From Candidatus Dormibacteria bacterium (GTDB lineage Bacteria > Chloroflexota > Dormibacteria > Aeolococcales > Aeolococcaceae): 64,000 nucleotides of DNA. Every line of letters starts with the position of its first letter. Position 1 is the stretch's first letter. The notes below the pieces were generated by a model, which saw nothing but the letters and a program-made list of their open reading frames with translations, was not told the DNA's origin and made no database searches. Position numbers and translations under genes: made by a program. Positions 1-9,756 of this stretch are shown one piece after another. The DNA lies in the NCBI GenBank assembly GCA_051002895.1, contig JBPCLW010000047.1, positions 2,273 through 66,272 on the forward strand, read 5' to 3'.

Positions 1-29
1 GAGGTACCAGCGAGTCATCCCAAATTCAA

Positions 30-560
30 CTAACCGGCCGCCTCCCAGTCCGTCTTGAGGATTTCGTATTCCACGTCACCGAACTCCGTTCCATCGATGG
101 CCTCCGGCCACTCGAGATGGAAAAGGCGTACATAGCGCAGTCCGCAATGCTCCATCACACGGCGTGAGGCGGTATTGACCGTCATCGTCTGCGCCCAGAC
201 ACGGTGCGCGCCCAGATCCCGGAACGCAACTGCAATGAGGGCGCGCGCGCCCTCTGTCGCCAATCCTTTGCCCCAATGGCTGCGCCGTAGGCGATAGCCA
301 AGCTCTCGGTCATGGGTTCCTTTGTCGGAAAAGGGTATCCCGAACCAGCCAATAAACTCTCCACTGGACTGATGGAAAGCGAGCCACCGATGGCCTCGCT
401 GCTGTCGAACGATCTCCTCCATCGCGATCCGGGACGTCGACTTGCCTCCATTGATGTAGCGCATCACGGCAGGATCCCCGTCGAGTTTGACCAGGATGTC
501 GACATCGTCGAGAGCCAGGGCTCGCATTGCCATCCGCGCGGTTTCAATGTGCTCAATCAT
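30..560 (-). CDS. GNAT family N-acetyltransferase (RimJ/RimL-like)
   Basis: 176-aa ORF with the GNAT fold signature (HWGKGLATEGARALIAVAF acetyl-CoA-binding motif A) at the usual position. Confidence 0.7.
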   Translation of the reverse strand: MIEHIETARMAMRALALDDVDILVKLDGDPAVMRYINGGKSTSRIAMEEIVRQQRGHRWLAFHQSSGEFIGWFGIPFSDKGTHDRELGYRLRRSHWGKGLATEGARALIAVAFRDLGAHRVWAQTMTVNTASRRVMEHCGLRYVRLFHLEWPEAIDGTEFGDVEYEILKTDWEAAG

Positions 561-597
561 CGCTGAGAATATCGACGGTGCGAGAACGATGCCTCGA

Positions 598-954
598 CTA
601 CCCGATTCCTTGGACGCCGTGGCGCTGGTTCATGGTCACAAGATCGTAGTCTTTGCTCAGGACAGTCGCCGTCTCAGGGCCCAGGGTCGCATTCTCGACA
701 AATGCCCACCCACACTGCTCGTAAAAGGCGACTGCGCGCCCGCCCGTCAGTACGCGTACCGTTTCGATAGCCGCGCGTTGGATCCAGTCGTCGAGGGCGG
801 CAATCAAGAGGTGCCCAACACCCTGGCCACGTAGGTCGCTGTACACGATCATGCCGGTCAGCCAGGGAGACCATTCACTTCGTCCCGGAAGGTCTTCTTC
901 GGCCTCGGCGAGTGCCACACCGCCCAGCACACGGTCGTGTCCATCCACCGCCAT
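598..954 (-). CDS. GNAT-like acetyltransferase, N-terminally short (possible truncated gene or pseudogene)
   Basis: 118 aa containing RGQGVGHLL motif A and a C-terminal GNAT core. Motif A sits only ~40 aa from the start, where ~80 is normal, so the N-terminal beta1-alpha2 region appears to be missing. Confidence 0.45.
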   Translation of the reverse strand: MAVDGHDRVLGGVALAEAEEDLPGRSEWSPWLTGMIVYSDLRGQGVGHLLIAALDDWIQRAAIETVRVLTGGRAVAFYEQCGWAFVENATLGPETATVLSKDYDLVTMNQRHGVQGIG

Positions 955-1163
955 GAAACCGACTGGGATCGTGCGGCGCCGATTTGCCGCAGCGGCCGCT
1001 GCGAGCCAAAAAGCAAGTTGTTCACGTCCGGGTTCGTCACCCCACTCTTGCCCCGGAACCTTCGCCCGTCGGGGGCAGTCCCCTCGGGTCCGATTTTGGC
1101 TGAGGGAACGTCCGCCTGATGTCCGCTTGCCCTTCGTATGGTGACCGCGAGGAGATTGCTCAG

Positions 1164-1985
1164 ATGCGCACCATCGACGACACCATCCGCTCCGTCCGGG
1201 AAGCCATGGGCCCCCGACTCGACGCCTTCAAGGAGGCGATGAGCGCGGCCTACCACCTCGCATATGACCAGCACGATCCCGAAGCAGCGGCAGGGCGCCT
1301 GGTGATCGCCATCAACATCGGCACCGCCCCGCAGGCCACTGAGGCGTGCTTGGCCGGAGCGGTCATCTTCCGCGGCGTCGGCAACAACGCGGCTGCGATT
1401 GCCTGGGCGTCGCAGGCTCTCCAGTGGGCGGCGCGCTCCGGTGATCGCGCTCTCGTCGCCAGGGCCACCGACGAGAAGCGCCTCGACGACCACCTCTTCC
1501 ACAGCGCCGAGTGGGAGACGCGCGACACGCCGCGGCTGGCGGCGATGCGAGGCGCGGAGTCCCGGCGTGCCGACGGCGTCACCTTTTCGGAGTTGATGGA
1601 GGGCATGGGCGAGCTGCACGGCAGCCGCGACCACCATGAGCGGCGCCTCTTCGACGAGCTGAACCGCCCCCAGGACGTGGCGGTCGCTGTCACCGGGACC
1701 CTGGTACAGGACCGGCGCGGCCGCTTCGGCGTCCGCGATGAGACCACCGGCCGGACCACGGTCCTCAATGTCGGCGGCGAGACCCGCTCCGCGGATCGCC
1801 TGCGGGCCGACCTGGGAAGCACGGTGCGGGTGGAGGGCACAGCGTCCCTCTGGAACGAGGGCAAGCAGATGGCCGTGGATCAGTACATCCCGGGCATGCC
1901 CAGGGCATCCGCGCGGCAGGGATTCCGCATCCTCGACCAAGGAGCCCAGCGGGCGGTGGATCTTGGTGGGCGCGGCCTGCGCTGA
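1164..1985 (+). CDS. hypothetical protein
   Basis: ORF track 1119..1985. An internal ATG at 1164 is preceded by GAGGAG 7 nt upstream. Coding-like GC3, but I recognise no family. Confidence 0.45.
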   Translation: MRTIDDTIRSVREAMGPRLDAFKEAMSAAYHLAYDQHDPEAAAGRLVIAINIGTAPQATEACLAGAVIFRGVGNNAAAIAWASQALQWAARSGDRALVARATDEKRLDDHLFHSAEWETRDTPRLAAMRGAESRRADGVTFSELMEGMGELHGSRDHHERRLFDELNRPQDVAVAVTGTLVQDRRGRFGVRDETTGRTTVLNVGGETRSADRLRADLGSTVRVEGTASLWNEGKQMAVDQYIPGMPRASARQGFRILDQGAQRAVDLGGRGLR

Positions 1986-2109
1986 TCTCCTTCTGGCGAG
2001 TTTTGGAGCGCGCAGGTACTAGGCAACACCGAGGCCTTCGTAGCGGCGGCCAGGCTTGGGGTAGCTCGCAGTTTTTCTCCACGGAGAGCTATACCAAACG
2101 GTCCTTTTT

Positions 2110-2439
2110 GTGAACTGTCACGAGACTGGCACGATGACCGCATGGATGCACTGTCGCCGCGCTGACCCGGTGAACGGGCAACTGCCGGTCAGGCCGTGTG
2201 CGCTCAAGCCGGAATGGCGCATCGAGCGCCAGGGTGACGATCTTCTGGTTATCGGCGGACCCGACGCGCTCTACACGATCCCAGATGTCGCCGAGCCTAC
2301 ATGGAGCGAGCTCGTCGCCGGAGCCGGGTGCTGGGATATTGATGCGGGTAGAGATTCGTTCTCACGGCCGGCAGCCGATGCGGCTGCGCGACATAGGAAC
2401 CGACGATTTGGTGATTGCTGGCACGCAGGTGACAACTGA
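2110..2439 (+). CDS. hypothetical small protein, weakly PqqD-like (RRE-type peptide chaperone)
   Basis: 109 aa. The segment EWRIERQGDDLLVIGGPDALYTIPDVAEPTWSELVAG follows the PqqD/RRE pattern W-R...hydrophobic..G...LN-like...W/I.ELLDG. Similarity is weak and the start is uncertain (alternative ATGs near 2134/2143). Confidence 0.3.
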   Translation: MNCHETGTMTAWMHCRRADPVNGQLPVRPCALKPEWRIERQGDDLLVIGGPDALYTIPDVAEPTWSELVAGAGCWDIDAGRDSFSRPAADAAARHRNRRFGDCWHAGDN

Positions 2440-2505
2440 CGGGGACGTTGGTGCTACGTCGTATGCAGCGCTACAAGCCTCCCTGGCAGGAGAGGCGGAC
2501 TGAGC

Positions 2506-2646
2506 ATGACGCCTACGAGGCGCTTGCCAAGGTGGCGACCAACCGATATTGACCAACGCCTCGGGCTCGACGTGGCGGTCGTGGTTGGCTCCGTGATCCT
2601 CGCGCTCATCCTCGGGGCCCTGACCCTGAGACGGCGGACCGCGTAG
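2506..2646 (+). CDS. 46-aa small basic/TM peptide (MTPTRRLPRWRPTDIDQRLGLDVAVVVGSVILALILGALTLRRRTA)
   Basis: Absent from the ORF track (below its 60-aa floor). ATG at 2506 is preceded by GGAGAGG 8-9 nt upstream. It has one predicted TM helix flanked by Arg-rich ends and lies between the PqqD-like ORF and the Nif3-like gene. Confidence 0.3.
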   Translation: MTPTRRLPRWRPTDIDQRLGLDVAVVVGSVILALILGALTLRRRTA

Positions 2647-2701
2647 GCCATCGCAAGAGCAAGGATGTTTCCCCATCGACCGGTGCACTAGCATCGGACG
2701 C

Positions 2702-3550
2702 ATGCGCTGTCAGGACATCCTCGAGTGGTCGGCCAGGCTGGCGGGCTGCCGCGAGGTCCCCGCCGACTCTCAGGTGTACGTGGAATCCACGGCGGACCTG
2801 CGGCGTGTGCTCTTTGGTGTCGACATCGAGATCGGCGAGATCCTCTGGGCCCAACGGGAAGGGTTCGATGCGGTGATCGCCCATCATCCCCTCGGCGACC
2901 GCGCCCGGCTCGACTTCGCCAGCGTGGTGGCGCGTCAGGTCGAGCAGATGTGTGGCGAAGGCATCGCCGAAGCGGTCGCCCAGGCGGCGCTTGAGAAGCG
3001 GCTCGAGCGTATTCATCGTGCAACCCACATGAGCAACGTCAACCACCTCGTGGACACGGCGCGGCTCGTGGGAATGCCCCTCTGCAATGTCCACCTCGCC
3101 TGCGACATCATTGGCCGGCAGACAATCATCGACCTGCTGCAGAGGAGAGCCAGCGACGCCACCACCGTGGGCGACGTCATCTCCTGGCTCGGAGAGATCC
3201 CCGAGATCGCCGCCGCGCCACTGCCCCCAGAGGCGTGGCTGGGGCGGTGGGGGAACCGCCTGGGTCGCTGGACCGTGGCCATGGCGGGGGGGACGAACGG
3301 CGGACACCCGGTGTTTCGGGAGTACTACCGCGTTGGCGTCGACAGCATCCTCGCCATGCACATCGCCGAGGACGACCTCGCTCGCTTGGGCGATGAAGTC
3401 AAGGATGGCCAGAACCTGATCATCACCGGGCACATGGGGACGGATTCCATCGGGATCAACCGGGTTGTCGAAGGCCTTGAGGAACAGGGGATCAAGGTCG
3501 TACGCACCAGCGGGATCGTGGGAGGGGCTGCGGGAGCCTTACCCCGGTGA
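2702..3550 (+). CDS. Nif3-like dinuclear metal centre protein (YqfO/YbgI family)
   Basis: N-terminal ...GFDAVIAHHPL resembles the Nif3 A-D-L-I-I-T-H-H-P motif, and C-terminal IITGHMGTDSIG resembles the Nif3 GHY(A/E) metal-binding motif; 282 aa. Confidence 0.5.
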   Translation: MRCQDILEWSARLAGCREVPADSQVYVESTADLRRVLFGVDIEIGEILWAQREGFDAVIAHHPLGDRARLDFASVVARQVEQMCGEGIAEAVAQAALEKRLERIHRATHMSNVNHLVDTARLVGMPLCNVHLACDIIGRQTIIDLLQRRASDATTVGDVISWLGEIPEIAAAPLPPEAWLGRWGNRLGRWTVAMAGGTNGGHPVFREYYRVGVDSILAMHIAEDDLARLGDEVKDGQNLIITGHMGTDSIGINRVVEGLEEQGIKVVRTSGIVGGAAGALPR

Positions 3551-5424
3551 GACGTTGGCGCGGACTTGCACTTTCGTTGCTCCTTCTCACCGCTTGCTCC
3601 TCGGGGTCGCCTGCGTCACCCCCAAGCACGTCGGCCGTCTCCCATCCCAACGGCTTGGTAGCCTCCGCGACCGAGCTCGCCGCCGCACAGGGGTTGATGT
3701 TCGCCAACCGCTACGGAGCGGCAACGCAGGCATACATGGCTCTGCTGCGGGCGCATCCCGCTGACGCCACTCTCCACGCGGAACACGCGCTCCTCCTCAA
3801 CTACAGTCGCGACTTTCCCGCCGCGTACCGGGAGGCCGAGGCGGCCAGGGCGCTGGCGCCGGCCGATCCTCACGTCGCCGCCATCCGCTGCCGCGTCGAC
3901 GATTGGGCTGGTCGCCTGACTGCCGGCCTGCGGGAGTGCCGCTCAGCGGTCGCGGTGGCGCCCCGGGATGCCCTGGGCCGCCTCTTTCTTGCCGAGGCCC
4001 TGGCGGACAGTGGGGATCGGAGCGGCTTCGACGTTGCCATCACCACGGCGCGCACCCTCATTCCGGCGAGTGCTCCCGAGTATCTGCGCGCCGAGCTCCA
4101 TCGCGAGATCGCCAATGCGGCCCATGATCACGGAGATCTTGGCGGCCAGATCCAGGAGTTGCTCGCCGCCCGGGACGCTCAACCCCGCTGGATCGAGCGC
4201 AGCAGTGAACTCGTGGAGGCCTACAACGCGGCGGGAGACGTCGGCGGTGCCCGTGCGGCTCTCGACGCTCTCCTGCCACTGATGCCCGATGATGTGTCGA
4301 CTCTCAGTGCCCTCGGGGCCCAGGCAATCGCCGACAGCGACTTCACCGCGGCTCGCGTCCTCTACGACCACGCCGGGTCGTTGGCGCCACGCGACCCAGC
4401 GGTGCTCATTGCCCGAGCCGAGTGTGCCCTCACCCTCGATCACGACATCGGTGCGGCGGAGACCCTGCTGGTTGCGGCTCTCCACGACGATCCGCAGAGT
4501 TCCCAAGCGGCGGCCTATCTGCTCGCGGTTGACCGCTATCTCCTCGGCGATGATGGCCGGGCCCGAGCGACCATCGCTCAGGCATGGCGCGGTGGCGACA
4601 ACAAGGGCCTACGGGGCCGCACGCCTCCGGACCCCGATGCTCGCCAGGTGGCCGCTGGGCAGTCTGCCCTGGACGCGGTCAATCGATCCCGCAAGCAGGC
4701 CGGTCTTCCCGCGGTCACCCTCGATGCGCACCTCAGCGAGAGCGCCCAGCGGCACTCGGCGTACTGGCTCTTCAACAATGCCGATCCCACCACCGTCGGC
4801 TTGGGAATTCACCGCGAGAGCCAGGGCTTGCTCGGGTTCCGTGGCACCACCGCCGGCGCGCGGGCGCTGGCCGCCGGGTATGGCAACGGACGCATCGGCG
4901 AAGACATCACCCATCGAGGGGGTCCCACCGACGCCGTGGCGGACTGGGTGAACAGCGTGTATCACCGCTTCGCCATCGTTCGGCCCGACCTCGTCTCCAT
5001 TGGGTATGGCGAGCTCTCCGTGGGGCCCCTCCCCATGGAGGATATGGAGTTCGGTTTCGCCGTCGCTCAGCCGGCGACGGCGGTGGTGTTTCCCGGGGCC
5101 GACGTCACGGGGACACCCACTTTCTTTGTCGACAACGAGCTTCCCGACCCGGTACCGGCGGGGCAGCCGCGTACGACTGGATATCCCGTGACCGTCACCT
5201 TTGCTGCCAACGACGATGTGCAGGTGACTGGTTTCTCGCTCGCCGACCCGGCTGGAGTCAGAGTGGACGCCTATCGGCTTGACCCGTCGGTGATCACAGA
5301 GAACTCAGCGTCGCTGCTCCCCGTGGTGCCGCTGCACGGCGGCACGCGCTACACCGCGACCATCACCGCCACCGTCAACGGCGTTCCCTCCAACCGCACC
5401 TGGAGATTCACCACCGGCGGTTGA
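3547..5424 (+). CDS. secreted lipoprotein with TPR repeats and a C-terminal CAP (SCP/PR-1, YkwD-like) domain
   Basis: Lipobox signal (LLLLTACSSG); an Ala/Leu-rich TPR-like region; a CAP-domain-like block (HSAYW...GENI...VADWVNSVYHRFAIVRP); start overlaps the upstream stop. Confidence 0.55.
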   Translation: MRRWRGLALSLLLLTACSSGSPASPPSTSAVSHPNGLVASATELAAAQGLMFANRYGAATQAYMALLRAHPADATLHAEHALLLNYSRDFPAAYREAEAARALAPADPHVAAIRCRVDDWAGRLTAGLRECRSAVAVAPRDALGRLFLAEALADSGDRSGFDVAITTARTLIPASAPEYLRAELHREIANAAHDHGDLGGQIQELLAARDAQPRWIERSSELVEAYNAAGDVGGARAALDALLPLMPDDVSTLSALGAQAIADSDFTAARVLYDHAGSLAPRDPAVLIARAECALTLDHDIGAAETLLVAALHDDPQSSQAAAYLLAVDRYLLGDDGRARATIAQAWRGGDNKGLRGRTPPDPDARQVAAGQSALDAVNRSRKQAGLPAVTLDAHLSESAQRHSAYWLFNNADPTTVGLGIHRESQGLLGFRGTTAGARALAAGYGNGRIGEDITHRGGPTDAVADWVNSVYHRFAIVRPDLVSIGYGELSVGPLPMEDMEFGFAVAQPATAVVFPGADVTGTPTFFVDNELPDPVPAGQPRTTGYPVTVTFAANDDVQVTGFSLADPAGVRVDAYRLDPSVITENSASLLPVVPLHGGTRYTATITATVNGVPSNRTWRFTTGG

Positions 5425-5505
5425 CCACGCTGGTCCAAGATGTCGGCTTCCCTCGAGGTTAACCGGCGGGCGGCGAGGATGGATCCCGGCTCCCCTCCCG
5501 GGTGA

Positions 5506-5532
5506 CCGGCGGGGTACGCTAGCCGGCTTTTT
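5506..5532 (+). terminator. putative intrinsic terminator after the lipoprotein gene
   Basis: CCGGC-ggggtacgcta-GCCGG stem followed by CTTTTT; a second GC hairpin (cccgg...ccggg) lies at ~5485-5502. Confidence 0.35.
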
Positions 5533-5550
5533 CACACCGACCTTGGGGGG

Positions 5551-6447
5551 TTGGCCATGCAGACATTTTGCGCATTCGATCTCGAGACAACGGGTTTCTC
5601 CGGTCGGGGTAACGAGATCCTCCAACTGGCGGCGGTGCGTCTCGGCCCCGACGGGAGGGTGCTCGACAAGCTCCAGATGTATGTGCACCCGACATCGCGA
5701 ATCCCCGTCATGGTGACCCGGATCACCGGCATCCGCGACACGGATGTGCACTGGGCCCGTCCGGCCAATGAGGCGGTGGCGATCTTCAAGGAGTTTTGTG
5801 CCGGCGACATCCTGGTCGGGCACAACGCGGAAGCCTTCGACAGCACCTTCATCGCCGCCGTCGACCCCACATTCAAGGGTCGACTGATCATCGATACCCT
5901 CAAGGTGGCCCGTCGGCTCATCCCCGGAAAGGGAGTGGGTCGCAAACTCACCGACCTCAGCGCGCGCTTTGGCATCAATCACACCCAGGCTCACCAGGCC
6001 TGGAGCGATGCTGAGGCCACCGGCGTCCTCTTCTGCCACCTCGTCGCCATGGCCCGCAACCTGAAACCCACGGAGCTGGCGGCTCTCGCCGATGATCCCA
6101 AGGCCCAGAGCCCATCGATGCAGGCGTTCTTTCGCGACATCGTTCCCGACCGCCGGCGCATGCCCCTGAACGTACCGTTGGCATCCGCGAAGCTCGACAG
6201 TGGCGGTTCCGAGGGGACATCGGCGGCTCCCGCCACCCTTCAGGGAACGAGCGCGCCCGTCTCCCTTGCCGGGCGAACTCCCAAGCTTCAGCTCTACCGC
6301 CGTGGCGGCGTCGAGCTCGCTGGTCGCTCCAACGGGGACTCGGCACTCGGTCGGACGATGGAGACGGTGAGAGTCCAGAGCGTCATCAATGACGCGGCGG
6401 TGCCCGGACACCAGGCCGCCGCCCAGGGCTACTCGCTGGCAAGCTGA
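5551..6447 (+). CDS. DnaQ-like 3'-5' exonuclease (DEDDh, DNA Pol III epsilon-like) with a C-terminal extension
   Basis: N-terminal FDLETTG (Exo I), VGHNAEAFD (Exo II) and HQAWSDAEAT (Exo III, YxxxD-like with His) motifs. Confidence 0.7.
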   Translation: MAMQTFCAFDLETTGFSGRGNEILQLAAVRLGPDGRVLDKLQMYVHPTSRIPVMVTRITGIRDTDVHWARPANEAVAIFKEFCAGDILVGHNAEAFDSTFIAAVDPTFKGRLIIDTLKVARRLIPGKGVGRKLTDLSARFGINHTQAHQAWSDAEATGVLFCHLVAMARNLKPTELAALADDPKAQSPSMQAFFRDIVPDRRRMPLNVPLASAKLDSGGSEGTSAAPATLQGTSAPVSLAGRTPKLQLYRRGGVELAGRSNGDSALGRTMETVRVQSVINDAAVPGHQAAAQGYSLAS

Positions 6448-6569
6448 CCCCGACCTGGCGGTACGCCCGGAGGTGAGCATCCGCTCGACCCCCAGGCGTG
6501 CCGTTCACAACCAGCGAAGCTGCGAGACGCCGGTGTCCCGAGCGGGACGTCCTCACCCTGGAGTCAGCA

Positions 6570-8093
6570 TCAGTGCCGGAAGTGACGCTCCCCCGCAAAT
6601 ACCACGGCCATGCTCAGCGCATCCGCGGCTGCGGTCACCTTCTCGTCGTTCTTGCTTCCGCCAGGATGGATCACCGCGGTGACTCCGGCTTTGCCGAGCG
6701 TCTCGATGCCGTCGGCCATGGGAAAGAAAGCATCACTGGCGGCAACCGTTCCGCGCGCATGGTCCCCGGCGCGCCGTACAGCGAGCTCGGCCGCCTCGAC
6801 CCGCGACATCTGCCCCGCACCCACTCCCACAGCCATTCCGTCGTGGACGAGGACGATGGCGTTCGACTTCACGTGCGGGGAGACACGCCAGGCAACCAGT
6901 AGGTCGCGCCACTCCGCGTCGTTCGGCTGGCGCTGCGAGGCCACCCGCATCGTTACCCGATCCGTGCTGACGCGATCCACGTTCTGAACCAGCAGTCCAC
7001 CGGAGATGCTACGCACGTCAACAGCGGCCGCACATCCCGGAGCACCGACGACCAGGACGCGGAGCCGCTCCTTGCTCGCCAGGTGTTCGGCGGCGTCATC
7101 GTCGAGAGCAGTGCAAATCACCACCTCGAGGAAGGTCTTGGTCAACTCGCGCGCGGTGGCGAGATCGAGTCGGCCGTTGAGGCCGACGATCCCGCCGTAG
7201 GCGGAGCGCGGATCGCATTCCAGAGCCCGCAGATAGGCATCATGACGGTCGCCGCCGGTGGCGAAGCCGCACGGGTTGGTGTGCTTGATGATCGCGGCTG
7301 CGGGCTCGCTGAACTCGCTGACGAGGGAGAGGGCGGCGTCACTGTCGAGCCAGTTGGTGAAGCTCAGCGCCGGTCCCTGGCGACGTTTGGCATGGGCCAC
7401 GCCGCCGGGAACGCCGGGGACGGCATACAGAGCGCCGCGCTGATGCGGGTTCTCGCCGTAGCGCAATTCCTCGAGGCGCTGGCCACCGCTGGTGAGATGG
7501 GCGGGCATACCCTCGTCAGGAAGCTGCCCGGCAAGCCACGCGGCCACCTGGGTGTCGTAGGCGGCGACGTGGGCAAATGCCTCTGCGGCAAGACGTTTGC
7601 GGGTCACCCCTGACACGGTGTTGGCGCTGCGAATCTCGTCGAGAACCTGCGGGTATTGCGAGGGAGACACCACCACGGCAACGGCGTCGGAGTTCTTCGC
7701 CGCGGCCCGGATCATGGTTGGACCACCGATGTCGATGTTCTCGATGATCGTGTCGGAGTCGGCGCCGGCGGCGAGCGTTGCCGCGAACGGGTACAGATTC
7801 ACCGCGACGAGATCGATCTCCACAAACCCGGCGTCGGCGAGCTGACGCATGTCATCGGGGTGGTCACGGCGGGCGAGAATGCCGGCGTGGACACCAGGAT
7901 GGAGTGTCTTCACCCGGCCATCCATCATCTCCGGCGCCCCGGTGACTTCGGCCACCTCGCGCACTGCGACACCGGCATCGCGAAGCGCCCTGGCGGTGCC
8001 GCCGGTGGCGATGAGGTCGACCCCGGCGGCGCTGAGGCCGCGCGCGAAGTCGACAAGTCCGCTCTTGTCACTGACCCCGAGCAGCGCCCTCAT
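6570..8093 (-). CDS. purH: bifunctional AICAR transformylase / IMP cyclohydrolase
   Basis: MRALLGVSDKSGLVDFARGL...VKTLHPGVHAGIL is the MGS-like domain, followed by the AICARFT domain. ORF track starts at 8195, but the conserved start is the ATG at 8093, immediately after the purN stop. Confidence 0.9.
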   Translation of the reverse strand: MRALLGVSDKSGLVDFARGLSAAGVDLIATGGTARALRDAGVAVREVAEVTGAPEMMDGRVKTLHPGVHAGILARRDHPDDMRQLADAGFVEIDLVAVNLYPFAATLAAGADSDTIIENIDIGGPTMIRAAAKNSDAVAVVVSPSQYPQVLDEIRSANTVSGVTRKRLAAEAFAHVAAYDTQVAAWLAGQLPDEGMPAHLTSGGQRLEELRYGENPHQRGALYAVPGVPGGVAHAKRRQGPALSFTNWLDSDAALSLVSEFSEPAAAIIKHTNPCGFATGGDRHDAYLRALECDPRSAYGGIVGLNGRLDLATARELTKTFLEVVICTALDDDAAEHLASKERLRVLVVGAPGCAAAVDVRSISGGLLVQNVDRVSTDRVTMRVASQRQPNDAEWRDLLVAWRVSPHVKSNAIVLVHDGMAVGVGAGQMSRVEAAELAVRRAGDHARGTVAASDAFFPMADGIETLGKAGVTAVIHPGGSKNDEKVTAAADALSMAVVFAGERHFRH

Positions 8094-8734
8094 CGAGCAG
8101 CGGGCGTCGCCGGTGCGGTGACGCGGACCACCCGGCCGTCGCGCTGGATGCGGCCCTGGCACCAGAGCTGCACCGCCTCGGGGAGCAGGCGCCACTCCTG
8201 CTCGTGGATTTTCTGCAGCAGCGAGTCGCGATCGTCATCCGCCTCGACGCGCACTGCGGACTGGCTGATGATAGGGCCGCCGTCGGGAATCCCCGGCTCC
8301 AGGAGTTGCACTGTGCAACCGGTGATATGTACTCCGTAGGCGAGCGCGTCCTCCACGGCGTGCATGCCGCCCCCGAAAGCGGGCAGCAGGGAGGGGTGGA
8401 TGTTGATGATGGCGTCACAGAATGCGTCGAGAAACTCGTCGGAGAGTACGCGGTTGTAGCCGGCACAGACGATGAGTTCGACGCCGGCGCCACGGAAGCG
8501 GTCGCGCATGGCGCGGTCGCGGGCTCGGGTGTCATCGTCGTAGTCGGAGACCGGCATGGCGTCGGCGGGAATGTGCCAGCTTCGGGCCACTCCGAGGGCC
8601 CCGGCGTCGCGGCGATTGCTCAGCACCAGGGCGATCTCGCCCGGGAAGTCCGAGCGCTTGGCCGCCTCACAGAGAGCGCCCAGATTGCTGCCCCGGCCAC
8701 TGACCAGGACGCCGATGCGCACCCGCTTGGTCAT
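8090..8734 (-). CDS. purN: phosphoribosylglycinamide formyltransferase
   Basis: RIGVLVSGRGSNL...INIHPSLLPAFGG..HAVEDAL formyltransferase motifs; 4-nt overlap with purM. Confidence 0.9.
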   Translation of the reverse strand: MTKRVRIGVLVSGRGSNLGALCEAAKRSDFPGEIALVLSNRRDAGALGVARSWHIPADAMPVSDYDDDTRARDRAMRDRFRGAGVELIVCAGYNRVLSDEFLDAFCDAIINIHPSLLPAFGGGMHAVEDALAYGVHITGCTVQLLEPGIPDGGPIISQSAVRVEADDDRDSLLQKIHEQEWRLLPEAVQLWCQGRIQRDGRVVRVTAPATPAAR

Positions 8735-9756
8735 CGCAGCACCACCCTCGGCCCCCCGTTAGTCTGGGCGATCTCGCCGATCCGCCACACCGGCAGACCC
8801 GCCGCCTCGCTGATTCCCGCAGCCTCGGCCGGGGGAACGACGACCACCATGCCGATCCCCATGTTGAAGGTGCGCCACATCTCGTCGTCGTTGATCCCGC
8901 CAACTTCCCCGATTGCTCTGAAGAGTGCCGGAACATGCCAGTTCTTGCGGTCGACATGCGCTGCCAAATGGGGCGCAAAAACACGGGGCAGGTTCTCGAT
9001 GAGGCCGCCGCCGGTGATGTGCGAGAGAGCGCGCACGTCAACGCGCCCGCGCAGGTCGCGGACCGCGTCGAGGTAACAGCGATGCGGCTCCAGGAGCAGG
9101 TCGGCAAGCGGCGCGTCGGTGCCGGGAAGTGGCGCTTCCCAGGCGAGCTCGCGTTCCGCGACGATGTGGCGCACCAGGGAGTAGCCGTTGGTGTGGAGGC
9201 CACTGCTGGGCAGGGCGAGGAGGACGTCGCCGGGGGACACGCGCGCGCCGTCGATGACTCGGTCGCGCTCGGTGGCGCCGACAATGAACCCGGCGATGTC
9301 GTAGTCCCCAAGGGCGTACACACCGGGCATCTCCGCGGTCTCGCCGCCGAGGAGCGCGGTGCCGGTGGCCCGGCAGCTGTCGGCGACGCCGGCGACGACC
9401 TCGGCGACCTGTTCGGCGGAGAGCCGACCGGTGGCGTAATAGTCGAGGAAGAAGAGCGGCTCGGCACCGCAACAGAGGATGTCGTTGACGCAGTGGTTGA
9501 CGAGATCGATGCCGATGCCCCGGTGACGGTTCACCGCAATGGCGACCTTCACCTTGGTGCCGACCGAATCGGTGCTCGCTACCAGGACGGGGTCGCGGAA
9601 GCGGCCGGTGTCGAAGCGGAAGAGGCCTCCGAAGGCGCCGAGTCCCCCCAGGACGTCGGGGGTGTGTGTGGAGGCGACACTCTCGGAGATCAGTCCGACA
9701 GCACGGTTGCCCTCGTCGATGTTGACGCCGGCATCAGCGTAGCGGAGGTCACCCAC
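8731..9756 (-). CDS. purM: phosphoribosylformylglycinamidine cyclo-ligase (AIR synthetase)
   Basis: YADAGVNIDEGN...DGVGTK...GGETAEMPG; canonical PurM. Confidence 0.9.
   Translation of the reverse strand: MGDLRYADAGVNIDEGNRAVGLISESVASTHTPDVLGGLGAFGGLFRFDTGRFRDPVLVASTDSVGTKVKVAIAVNRHRGIGIDLVNHCVNDILCCGAEPLFFLDYYATGRLSAEQVAEVVAGVADSCRATGTALLGGETAEMPGVYALGDYDIAGFIVGATERDRVIDGARVSPGDVLLALPSSGLHTNGYSLVRHIVAERELAWEAPLPGTDAPLADLLLEPHRCYLDAVRDLRGRVDVRALSHITGGGLIENLPRVFAPHLAAHVDRKNWHVPALFRAIGEVGGINDDEMWRTFNMGIGMVVVVPPAEAAGISEAAGLPVWRIGEIAQTNGGPRVVLR

Noticed and set aside
858-1940. 360-aa minus-strand ORF
   Set aside because: Overlaps the 1119-1985 plus-strand gene and the GNAT gene. Low-complexity Arg/Ala/Gly-rich translation typical of alternative frames in 70% GC DNA.
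2085-2125. tRNA-like 5' block GGGGTAGCTCGCAG
   Set aside because: Only a single hairpin (uagcuc...gagcua) with no D/anticodon/T-arm architecture and no GTTCGA-type T-loop. Not a tRNA.
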